A stretch of 64,000 nucleotides of DNA from a virus (taxonomy: Duplodnaviria > Caudoviricetes), in the IMG/VR virus record IMGVR_UViG_3300032030_000030, positions 32,001 through 96,000 of that record; one strand, written 5' to 3'. This document shows positions 11,501 through 19,162 of this stretch, in pieces (positions within the stretch are counted from its first letter, which is position 1; every line of letters begins with the position of its first letter). A model generated the notes under the pieces. That model saw only the letters and a list, made by a program, of their open reading frames with translations, was not told where the DNA came from and did not search any database. Both the position numbers and the translations under genes were made by a program.

Positions 11501-13230
11501 CTGTTTCAAAAGATTGCGTAGCAAGTCTTCTCGCTTATGCAGGCAAGGCTTATGAATACAATAGATTAAATGAAGTGGTAGATGCAATAGAGCTTACGAG
11601 AGAGATATTAAAGGACAGAGAAATCGAACTAAGAGTAGGTGATACTCCATTTGTAGAGAGTGTAAACAGAGAAATGAAGCGTCTTGCAAGGAAAATGAAG
11701 AAGATTGCAAAGAATCAGGAAACAAACGAACTTGACGAAATGCAAATCCTTAAACGCAAAGACGAAGGAACAAGCAACGCTTCTCAAATGTTGAATGACA
11801 TACTCGATGCTTCTTTGTATGGTAGATATCATGTGAGAGAGCAATCTGTAAATATACTTGGAAAGAATATTAACTTTGGCAAGGTTGCAGACTTCCTCAA
11901 TAGAAGAACTGCCGAATCAGCGTTGTCTCTTTCATTAACAAACGGTTTGTCTAATGTAACAACAGGTTCTATTATGATGCATATCGAAGGAACTCGTTGG
12001 CTTGGAGATAAGGATGCTCAACGATATTTCTCAAATAGGGATATTGACTGGGCAAACAGGACTTATTTCAAGGATTCCATACAAATAGCAATGGAAGTTG
12101 CAGGTAAGTCAAAGGCTAAGAAAAATAAGATTGTACTTCTTGGAGAATTATTTGATGTGCAATCAGATTTTGTAGAAATGATGTCAAGGTCAGATTGGTC
12201 ATTTGGTACATTTGGAAGAATGTATGGAGACCTTTGCCAGTTTATGCAAAATGCAGGCGAACATTGGATGGCATACAAAACAATGCTCTGTTTGTTGAGA
12301 AACAAGAAACTCAAAGATGCCAATGGTGGTGATATAACGTTGTATGATGCATTTGAGGTTAAATACATCGACAAAGATGGTAACTTGACAACATCAGACC
12401 AAGGATATGGTGGCAAACTCGTTTTAAAGGACGGAATAAAGAACGAAGATGGCAGTGAAATATCCAAGGAAGATATGCAAGAGATGATTTATTCATTACA
12501 TAAACGTATGGTAGGTATAAATCACGGTATGCACGGTATATATAATACGCAAGACTTGGCAGCAGCACAACGATATGCCATTGGTAGAATGGCTTATTTT
12601 CTCAGACACTGGATTCCTGCATCAATCAATAAGAGATGGGCGAAGGTAACATACGACAAGGATATTCAAGATTGGAGAGAAGGATATTACCGTACTTGTG
12701 GACGCTTTGCAATGCAACTTCTTAATGATGTTGTAAGAGGGGATAAACGTATGAAAGAAGTATGGGCTGCACTTGAACCAGAAGAAAAAGCCAATATAAA
12801 TAGAGGCTTAGTTGAAGTAACAAGTTTCATTCTTGCTTCTATTGCAGCAAGCATTCTTTACGGTATGGGCAAGGGTCCAGACAGAGATAGGTTCAAAGAT
12901 AATTATGGATTCAGAATGTTAAGGTATCAAATGCTAAGATTAAAATCAGAACTTGGCTTTTTTGTACCAAACAAACAGATGTTCTCTGAATACCTACGTA
13001 TTTTTAAGTCTCCTATTGCAGCAATCAATATAGGAGAGTCTGCTTTAGGACTGTTAAAACTATTGTGGATTCCCGATATATGGAATGAAGTTGATAGAGG
13101 TCCATTCAAAGGACACAGCCAATGGTTCAAATCATTCTTTGGAAACAGGGCATTGTGGCCAAGACTCAATGTAATTATCAGAAATACTGTTGGTCTCGAA
13201 GAGGCTGAAAGACAATATATCACACAATAG
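8554..13230 (+). CDS. Large virion cargo/ejection protein (1558 aa)
   Basis: Size, position right after vRNAP, C-terminal GxYN..AAAQRYAIGR..RHW..EGYYRT pattern recalled from crAss-like large cargo proteins. Confidence 0.65.
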   Translation: MGASCSIDLYIKNDKGEETKSQLYSDLRNFTTTQREANKFYNGIMSLKGEELWERLQKDSNGEPTIQSLIRHGLGNLVSGIPENVLKRKYGFLARDGGVRRVQPGTNTEALKMIENVIAFNNDPVNEGFMAKIRTRWDKGDMYVDIQPTYKYDDNKIDLIAKKKIEAYKQIQDAILATGKYIPIIRAIGEAVTSNVKLVSNTSFDPSLTMKAFLASMDLINGHRFGFSNVFDILKVSQNDLDSYLTPIVDAITEYYTHPATIDSFSQNIFGYLAESFASEFNDSLHIGDNAIIAENEFETQTDKESGVTKATNATTSKMIKRLLTMALQGKKSGVSYVDTLISQMLEDVTKQIRSSSIVDSTTGKFADSLMDMTKNNSFVPLESEIIKGTFDKEQDKKDSVILDKAITNATDQIKSLSHYTVELNKIFNGILDAEYRRRSIFREKKGLSEVHRNLIEVDLERMDRVLKRLSRARRSQKFSLGIFEYIKEIGERAKDYNELVREMNKEDFSIKKKASILRDLFDFINMYDNTSKGIRQLILDGGTFAEEVIESSLKDIEYVFNVPLKGVEYEKMKDSDDEKIRNLITLKRNMNTWSDSEKIKHIDEIYENAKTYLEWAIENSKQYSEDTKDQKLEKMNELIGILDVAKEYLTMAQKDSLREKQETVASSLDAYDGIVRSLEASFRNMAKPMIVKFLETYMDDKQKVVKFGEYLGFKKGETVSVEKLLTTITSDINAYQRWFSSLTNAPDLILNLISESIKREKFLAQQEFKNFTDDVRREAILLEEAGIENTDWMFELDENGNRTGYYVRSEYEKTVFDECMKDKFVRKTLKLLPGETYNPANYIGTENEGLVEWFTKYYNNRLAYHEAMGVVENKQYRDIMSNPAKKRFYEFFMNNYERLQNMYPPRVVQKSRIIGIKMSEKERMREANGIKGLVKGAWNGFVDSITTTYDEDMATMRVDPAGHEIKMLPIYFCNFKDEDIPTVSKDCVASLLAYAGKAYEYNRLNEVVDAIELTREILKDREIELRVGDTPFVESVNREMKRLARKMKKIAKNQETNELDEMQILKRKDEGTSNASQMLNDILDASLYGRYHVREQSVNILGKNINFGKVADFLNRRTAESALSLSLTNGLSNVTTGSIMMHIEGTRWLGDKDAQRYFSNRDIDWANRTYFKDSIQIAMEVAGKSKAKKNKIVLLGELFDVQSDFVEMMSRSDWSFGTFGRMYGDLCQFMQNAGEHWMAYKTMLCLLRNKKLKDANGGDITLYDAFEVKYIDKDGNLTTSDQGYGGKLVLKDGIKNEDGSEISKEDMQEMIYSLHKRMVGINHGMHGIYNTQDLAAAQRYAIGRMAYFLRHWIPASINKRWAKVTYDKDIQDWREGYYRTCGRFAMQLLNDVVRGDKRMKEVWAALEPEEKANINRGLVEVTSFILASIAASILYGMGKGPDRDRFKDNYGFRMLRYQMLRLKSELGFFVPNKQMFSEYLRIFKSPIAAINIGESALGLLKLLWIPDIWNEVDRGPFKGHSQWFKSFFGNRALWPRLNVIIRNTVGLEEAERQYITQ

Positions 13231-13254
13231 CAATGTTTTCAAAGTTTCAAAGTT

Positions 13255-13291
13255 AACGACGGATTATTAAGTCCGTCGTTTTCTTTTTTTT
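13255..13291 (+). terminator. Rho-independent terminator ending the virion operon
   Basis: AACGACGGATT-atta-AGTCCGTCGTT followed by T-run. Confidence 0.85.
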
Positions 13292-13413
13292 ATGAACCGC
13301 CAATCACTCGGTCAATCACTATCCATTGAACCGCAACCAATTATGGTAATCAATTAACGGAGGTATAGCGGTTCTACCTCTATAAAACAAAAAACATTTA
13401 AAAACTTTTAACC

Positions 13414-14019
13414 ATGAACGCATTTCTTTTTAACAACTTCGCATCAGCTAAGACAGTAGACATTCGTAAGGCACTCACAATGACAGCTCTCTCTTCGGAA
13501 GAGACGCTCGAGAACGGCACCAAGGTCAAGATTGAAGCCAGGGATGCCGTAGCCTTCGAGAAGGACCCTGACAATCGCTCTGAACTCAGCAACAAGGACA
13601 TCACTCTCGCCTTCACATTCCGTCAGACTGTCGGCAGTGAGTCACAGGCGTACAAGATTTCTGCGCCGATTTCAACAGAACTCTGGGACGCATTGGACGA
13701 GGGTCGTGAACTCATCAAGGTTCCTTACGCAGAAGACTACAATCGTTCTGACATCAAGGGCGCAAAGGAGAACTTGAAGAAACTTGCTGAACTCGATGTC
13801 AAAATCTATGTCTTCGACGCTTGGGACGACAAGGCAGGTCAATATCCTACTGACAGCGAAGGCAAACCAATCTATGAGAACTTCATTGCAGGTTTGCCTG
13901 GTGAGTTCGAGATTGACCCTGACCAGCCGCGTAAGAAGGACAACATCGGCAAGAACAAGAAGGCTGCAACCGCAAAGTCTGTAAAGGCAGAAGCTGCTAA
14001 CGAAGAGGAAATCTTCTAA
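13414..14019 (+). CDS. 201-aa protein, putative ssDNA-binding protein; paralog of 19291..19899
   Basis: Lys/Ala linker then acidic tail ending EEEIF; local similarity to the minus-strand 202-aa ORF; C-ending codon bias. Confidence 0.5.
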   Translation: MNAFLFNNFASAKTVDIRKALTMTALSSEETLENGTKVKIEARDAVAFEKDPDNRSELSNKDITLAFTFRQTVGSESQAYKISAPISTELWDALDEGRELIKVPYAEDYNRSDIKGAKENLKKLAELDVKIYVFDAWDDKAGQYPTDSEGKPIYENFIAGLPGEFEIDPDQPRKKDNIGKNKKAATAKSVKAEAANEEEIF

Positions 14020-14025
14020 CAACAT

Positions 14026-14042
14026 TTGCTGTATCCGAAGTA
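14026..14042. repeat. 17-bp direct repeat copy 1 (TTGCTGTATCCGAAGTA)
   Basis: Exact match to 19146-19162. Confidence 0.9.
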
Positions 14043-14108
14043 CAACCGACCTGAGCAAGTCGTTAAACTACTCATTTTTTAATTGTAAAACTCAAAATCA
14101 TAAATAAA

Positions 14109-14501
14109 ATGAAAACAACACTCAGAAGAGATATGTCAATCAAGGCAATGGCTATGCTTATAATGGCAGCAATTCGTGCAGATGAAACAGCGGCAAAAAG
14201 GATTGCTGCTTGTTTGTCAATACGGGATTTGTCGTTCATTACGTCAGATGCAGTAGTTCCAGAAACTGTCTCCGTAGTCAATACTGACGTTTTTGAGCAG
14301 GCAACAAACATTTCGGTTGATGCAATCAAGGAAATATCTTTGAATCGTCTTGACCACGAAGACGGAGAAGGTTACGAAGTCTTGGTAAGGGGCTTTGCTT
14401 CCAAAGAAGAAATGGACTCAAAGTCCTGGAACGAAGCAACTGTAATCAGATTCCCGTTGGAATTGTGTCCTGACTATGGTCTCGACTACACAACAGCATA
14501 A
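14109..14501 (+). CDS. Hypothetical protein
   Basis: ORF with A-rich leader typical of Bacteroidota genes. Confidence 0.7.
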   Translation: MKTTLRRDMSIKAMAMLIMAAIRADETAAKRIAACLSIRDLSFITSDAVVPETVSVVNTDVFEQATNISVDAIKEISLNRLDHEDGEGYEVLVRGFASKEEMDSKSWNEATVIRFPLELCPDYGLDYTTA

Positions 14502-14605
14502 TGTTGCTATGGCGAAAGAGAAAATTAATCCAAAGACGTTGATGGCTCCATTCTCTCCCTATTAAATTAGGTCTTGGAGTAAAACGCAAACTAATACTAA
14601 AGCAT

Positions 14606-14908
14606 ATGACAAATCCTGTACGCAGCCTTGTTTGGCGTAATTGTATCGCCAGAGGCACTCACAAGGTATTCAAAATGGAATGGTTCAAGAAAGGCCGTTC
14701 TACTTGCGAATACAGTAGAGTTTTCCTCCTCAACTCTACACAAGCAACTGAGGAGAAATTCAAGATAGTAGTTAACTATGGTTACAAAGGTGATTTCGAC
14801 TATTGCAACATCTACGACATATCCCAACGTGAGGATATGGATAACGCAGAGTGCAATGGCGTTATCCCTAAATATTCGGAAATTAAAAGGCAACATGAAT
14901 ACAAATAA
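14606..14908 (+). CDS. Hypothetical protein, possibly 5'-disrupted
   Basis: ORF in tightly packed operon; upstream frame broken near 14540-14560. Confidence 0.55.
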   Translation: MTNPVRSLVWRNCIARGTHKVFKMEWFKKGRSTCEYSRVFLLNSTQATEEKFKIVVNYGYKGDFDYCNIYDISQREDMDNAECNGVIPKYSEIKRQHEYK

Positions 14909-15239
14909 AATATGGATGTGGCAAGAATACGACGGTCACGTATGGGCAGGTCCGTGTTTCAATACGGCTTATTCATCAAAAAATAGGGCCAAAAGTCATA
15001 TAGTCAAGATTGCTAAAAGCGATGACAGGAATAAAATAATGGGTTTCTTCCACGAAAACGAGGAAGGAACTTGCGTTATATATTACTATTGCATCATTGA
15101 CCATTCGCACGATGATTATGTTGACGACGTATTCAAACAAGCAATAGAAAGAAGAAAGCTCAACCATCAATTGACTTTGGCTGACATTAGGGAATTTGAA
15201 GGTGAAGTTTTTAAGTTAACCGATTTTGAACTGCTATGA
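14895..15239 (+). CDS. Hypothetical protein
   Basis: Probable start MNTNKIW at 14895; ATGA overlap with next gene. Confidence 0.65.
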   Translation: MNTNKIWMWQEYDGHVWAGPCFNTAYSSKNRAKSHIVKIAKSDDRNKIMGFFHENEEGTCVIYYYCIIDHSHDDYVDDVFKQAIERRKLNHQLTLADIREFEGEVFKLTDFELL

Positions 15240-15517
15240 AATTAACTGAAATAGGTACAACACCAATGTTCGAGGAAGTTGATATTCCTTACGCCGTCTT
15301 TGTATCGGAAGACGGGCATGTAAGGTATCAAGGAAGCCGCGAATATGTTAGAAAACGGGCAATCAAAGGCCCGTACTGCGGAACTCTACGTGTCTATAAC
15401 AATCGGCATTCTCATACTGCCGATATTGTCAGTACGATACATACTGGCAAATGTGCGCAAAGAATGATAAACGAACTCTTAAAAGAATGTGAACCAACAG
15501 ATGGACTATTCGATTAA
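15236..15517 (+). CDS. Hypothetical protein
   Basis: Translationally coupled ORF. Confidence 0.65.
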   Translation: MKLTEIGTTPMFEEVDIPYAVFVSEDGHVRYQGSREYVRKRAIKGPYCGTLRVYNNRHSHTADIVSTIHTGKCAQRMINELLKECEPTDGLFD

Positions 15518-15857
15518 ACAAGACGTTGGTAGTGATGTAATTAAGTGTATGTGCAACTGGTATAAAAATCACTATGGTGCCATACTTGAAAAGATACATC
15601 ACGTCGATACTCGTTTTACTAACAAGGGCGAACTCAGAATCCAGGGCTGGATAACCGAGGAAGACCTTTGGAATAATGCTCCCAAATATGACGGTTTTGA
15701 CATGAGCTTTCAGCTTGATAGAGCAAATCGTATATTTGTAATCTCTGCTTGGGTTATTGACCCATTTATGTTAAATATTCCTTCCGACTTCAAGCCAAAT
15801 ATCCCTGGTTTTGATGACTATTGGAAGGGTAATGTTGGACCATTTACAGACGATTAA
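15489..15857 (+). CDS. Hypothetical protein
   Basis: Packed ORF; start may be 15501. Confidence 0.65.
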   Translation: MNQQMDYSIKQDVGSDVIKCMCNWYKNHYGAILEKIHHVDTRFTNKGELRIQGWITEEDLWNNAPKYDGFDMSFQLDRANRIFVISAWVIDPFMLNIPSDFKPNIPGFDDYWKGNVGPFTDD

Positions 15858-15858
15858 T

Positions 15859-16170
15859 ATGTTACCAGAAGAAATGGTGCATGGTGGCATCTACAAAGTA
15901 GCCAATACAAGAACAGGTGATTTCTGTGTTGGTTACTTTGATTATTTCAAGCAAAACAGCAAGAAAACAAAGGCTCGTATTGTTATGAAAGACACCATAG
16001 CACACTACAATCACCTTTACGACGGATATTGGAATGCCATTCTTGACAAAGTAGAGTTTGAAAGCAATAACCTACAAGTCTGCAAACCTGAAAAAGGCGA
16101 GGAAATGGCATATCATGCCGTCATTTCTGCAATGAAGGAGTTTAATCTGAAAATTAGCAAAAATGATTAA
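15859..16170 (+). CDS. Hypothetical protein
   Basis: Start MLPEEMV directly after previous stop. Confidence 0.65.
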   Translation: MLPEEMVHGGIYKVANTRTGDFCVGYFDYFKQNSKKTKARIVMKDTIAHYNHLYDGYWNAILDKVEFESNNLQVCKPEKGEEMAYHAVISAMKEFNLKISKND

Positions 16171-16447
16171 AACTAATATTGAAAGCGTAATTGCTAACAG
16201 AGAAAGTCTTGAAACACTCTCAGGCTGTATGTGTTGTCAAAAGATATTTGACGTCCCACATAAGAAATGTGTTTATTGCAGCGAGTTCAAAGACTGTAAA
16301 GTATTATCGTGTGCAAACTGTGCATGGTCTATTCCATGTAGTGACGAAGATGTTTGTTTTCCGTGGCTTGCACACGATTTGTTAAACGTAATAAAAGAAC
16401 AAAATGGAAGCGATTTGGAGAAAGAAATTGGCGACGGTAATCGGTAG
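16163..16447 (+). CDS. Cys-rich, putative metal-binding protein
   Basis: CMCC, CVYC, CANC and further Cys. Confidence 0.55.
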   Translation: MIKTNIESVIANRESLETLSGCMCCQKIFDVPHKKCVYCSEFKDCKVLSCANCAWSIPCSDEDVCFPWLAHDLLNVIKEQNGSDLEKEIGDGNR

Positions 16448-16937
16448 TATGATACCGTCAGGTCTTATCGTCAAAACAGACTTTGGCGATGAGAGGGTAA
16501 TTGCATTGCAAATCCGTACAGACTCTGACGAGTTCGATGCAATTGTAATTACTGAGAATCAGAATGAGAATCAAGGCGTCTATCGAATCGAAGATGTCAA
16601 ACCGTATCTTAAAACTTACGGTCAATTGACAGAACCTGAAATGGACCACATGGACTATCTCGACGACGACAGAGAGAAAAGTGAGATGGCAATTGCTCTT
16701 GCCTACATGAAATGCGTTGTTGACCGTGATGGACAAAATGAGTTCATTCAAGAAGGTTATGCTCTGAAAGCTCCGAAAGGAATGTACAAACCTGTTGATT
16801 GGAAAGCATACAACAAGGAGTTGTACGGAGATGACTACGACGACGATGACGACGAAGACGAAGACGAAGACAGTAACAACAAAGTCAACTTCTCGAACGA
16901 GGACATCGACGACGAAGAAGACTACGACGAAATCTAA
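16404..16937 (+). CDS. Hypothetical protein with very acidic C-terminal tail
   Basis: DDYDDDDDEDEDEDS...DIDDEEDYDEI. Confidence 0.7.
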   Translation: MEAIWRKKLATVIGSMIPSGLIVKTDFGDERVIALQIRTDSDEFDAIVITENQNENQGVYRIEDVKPYLKTYGQLTEPEMDHMDYLDDDREKSEMAIALAYMKCVVDRDGQNEFIQEGYALKAPKGMYKPVDWKAYNKELYGDDYDDDDDEDEDEDSNNKVNFSNEDIDDEEDYDEI

Positions 16938-16950
16938 AAAAAACAAACAA

Positions 16951-17550
16951 ATGGCAAAACTAAAAGACCCACCAGCAGTTGTCTTGACGTTGGAGGCTAC
17001 GAAAGAGAACACAATCTTATTCTATGGTCATACAACAAATAAGAACATAGGACCGCAGTGTTTGTCACAATGGTTTCCATGTAAATTCACAGAACCAATC
17101 ATTGATGAAGACAATCAAACTGCGGCGACGATTGAGTATCATTGTGCCGAGCAGTATATGATGGCTCATAAAGCCTTGTTGTTCCAAGACAACGATACTT
17201 TTGCTAAAATATGCAAGGCAAATACTCCGAAAGAATGTAAAGAACTTGGAAGGCAAGTAAGGAATTTCGACCAAAAGAGATGGGACGAATACAAAGAGGA
17301 AATTGTGGTAGTTGGCAACTATCATAAATTCACTCAAAACCCTGACCTTGCCGAATATCTCAAATCTACTGATGGCAAGGTTCTTGCCGAAGCCAGCCCC
17401 TATGATAGAATATGGGGCATTGGGTTCGATAAAGACCACGCCTTCGAGAATCGCAGCAAATGGGGACAAAATCTCCTTGGCAAAGCATTGATGATTGTCA
17501 GGGAAAATCTGTTGCATCCAGACATCGGCGATATTGAAATTGTCTACTAA
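16951..17550 (+). CDS. NADAR (YbiA-like) family N-glycosidase / ADP-ribosylhydrolase
   Basis: LSQW, AEQYMMAHKA, LGRQV.NFD..RW, KFTQN, LAEASPYDRIWGIG, GQNLLGKALM motifs; true start MAKLKD at 16951. Confidence 0.93.
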   Translation: MAKLKDPPAVVLTLEATKENTILFYGHTTNKNIGPQCLSQWFPCKFTEPIIDEDNQTAATIEYHCAEQYMMAHKALLFQDNDTFAKICKANTPKECKELGRQVRNFDQKRWDEYKEEIVVVGNYHKFTQNPDLAEYLKSTDGKVLAEASPYDRIWGIGFDKDHAFENRSKWGQNLLGKALMIVRENLLHPDIGDIEIVY

Positions 17551-17689
17551 ATGGCCAGTTTTCGGCGTTTTAAGCTATACCCTGATTAATCCGTTGTTCT
17601 ACGGATTATCAGGGTAATTTGGCTAATAAAACGCCAATTACAGGTCAGTAACTTTCTATTGAACCACCATCACCAAACAAACTCTACTT

Positions 17690-18530
17690 TATTAGGGTTA
17701 TGCGATGATATAGGGGTTCCGTGGTCGCCCTTTAACCACGTTAAAACAGAACTTGTGTGGACTGCGTGAGGAATGAGGCTAAACGGATGTCCACTGTCTG
17801 CTCGACATTAAGAGCTATCCAACTTCAATGAGAGTGTACATATCATTGAAAGAAGGGTTGCGTAACTGCTGTAGGTGTGTGTAGTGCGCGTAAAATCACG
17901 GACCTTCTATACGCAAGAGACTGTTGTGTGTTCTCGCCTTGCGTTGAGTTGAAGTAGAAGAACATAATAAAACGCACGCGGATTGCAACCGTGTGCGTCG
18001 AATACGCTTTGCTTAGTTGTGCGTCATCAACAAGCCGACTTCCAAGTATCGTCGTTACGACTTGGCGCGGAATAATACAGAGAAAACTGTACCGTGGCAA
18101 AGTAAATCTATCCATACAAACCTCAATATTGAGTTAGGTGTGGATATTTTTATCATGTTTTCTTAGAGAACAATCCTAAGCGTGGGTACAACTCCCAGTA
18201 AGTCTTAGGCTGCACGTTGAGCAGGTGCGTAAGTAAAACCGCTCAATTTGACTCTCCATCTGTTGGGAGTATAAATAAATACAGACTGAGAGCCGCAGTA
18301 GCATCCATAAGGCGGTAGCGCAGACTAAGAGGGTTATGTCTGCATCATGGCACCATGAAGAAGCCTCCTCGTTGGCGGTGCTGGATAATCAACTAATTCT
18401 TCAATCAATGAGCAAAAACGGATAAATCCGCGACATTATGGCAGTTCTATCTGTCATTCTGTCGTGGGGTTATTTGTAGGGCGAGGGGATAACTCCTCTG
18501 TCTCTTCGCTCTAACTCTCTCAAAATCAAT
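17690..18530 (+). ncRNA. Candidate large structured ncRNA (~850 nt), family unassigned; ends approximate
   Basis: No credible ORF; more than 12 consecutive stems with G-U pairs that work only on the + strand; loop-loop complementarities; terminator directly downstream. Confidence 0.72.
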
Positions 18531-18535
18531 AAATT

Positions 18536-18584
18536 AAACAGCAAGGTGATGGTCTATACGACTGTTGCCTTGCTGTTTTTTTTT
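18536..18584 (+). terminator. Rho-independent terminator after the candidate ncRNA
   Basis: AAACAGCAAGGTGATGGTC-tatac-GACTGTTGCCTTGCTGTTT then T-run. Confidence 0.85.
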
Positions 18585-18628
18585 CTCCGCCCACTACGCA
18601 GACACTCATGCCTTGCTGTCTTTTTACC

Positions 18629-19095
18629 ACTTAGCAAGCGTAGCCTACGGAGTGGGCGTAACACGCTGTCAATCAGTGAATTGATGTTTAAGAAAGAAAA
18701 AAAGAGAAAAACAGAAAGAAGAAGAAAGAAGAAAAGAAAAGAAGCAAAAGAAAAGAATAAAGAATAAGAAAGAATAAAAGAGAATAAAAAGAAAGAATCT
18801 CTACTACTAAGAGGATATTATTCTTACGTCATTCTTTGTAAGAATAATATAATATAGTAAAAAGCAAAAAAAGAATGAGACTACCAAATATTTTTAGTTA
18901 AATAATGTTAAGAGAATGAAAGGTCAGGAAATAATTATAGTTCGGAGTATCAGGAGTGAAATACTTAGCAAGCGAGACCCACGTGAAAGACTTAGCAAGT
19001 GCATCCCACGGAAAACATGGTATCGCTGTAAAACTGGCGACATGGTGTTGATAGATAGATTGGCGTGATGGTGATGATATGATATTGGCGTGAGA
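18629..19095. repeat. Origin-like non-coding region: iteron-like repeats, purine tract, perfect inverted repeat
   Basis: ACTTAGCAAG at 18629, 18963, 18990; A/G tract ~18690-18798; 13-bp IR 18815-18850; ATTGGCGTGA at 19059 and 19084. Confidence 0.5.
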
Positions 19096-19121
19096 TGAAA
19101 AAAAAGGACAATGTAATGGAT

Positions 19122-19152
19122 AAAAAAAACAGCAAGGTGTCGTCCTTGCTGT
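19122..19152 (-). terminator. Terminator for the minus-strand gene
   Basis: On - strand ACAGCAAGG-acgaca-CCTTGCTGT followed by T-run. Confidence 0.8.
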
Positions 19153-19162
19153 ATCCGAAGTA
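19146..19162. repeat. 17-bp direct repeat copy 2
   Basis: Exact match to 14026-14042. Confidence 0.9.

Noticed and set aside
13359-13397. preQ1-I riboswitch look-alike (GAGG..CCTCTATAAAA)
   Set aside because: Loop and 3' tail do not match the preQ1 consensus and no queuosine-related gene follows.
16795-16950. Thr/Lys-rich N-terminal extension of NADAR
   Set aside because: Alternate-frame shadow of the acidic GAC/GAA tail of the upstream gene.
17690-18530. Group I/II intron or CRISPR array as explanation of the structured region
   Set aside because: No interrupted gene, no convincing domain V after GAGAGCCG, and no repeat-spacer periodicity.
18546-18767. 73-aa Lys/Arg-rich ORF
   Set aside because: Runs through a terminator and a low-complexity purine tract; likely spurious.
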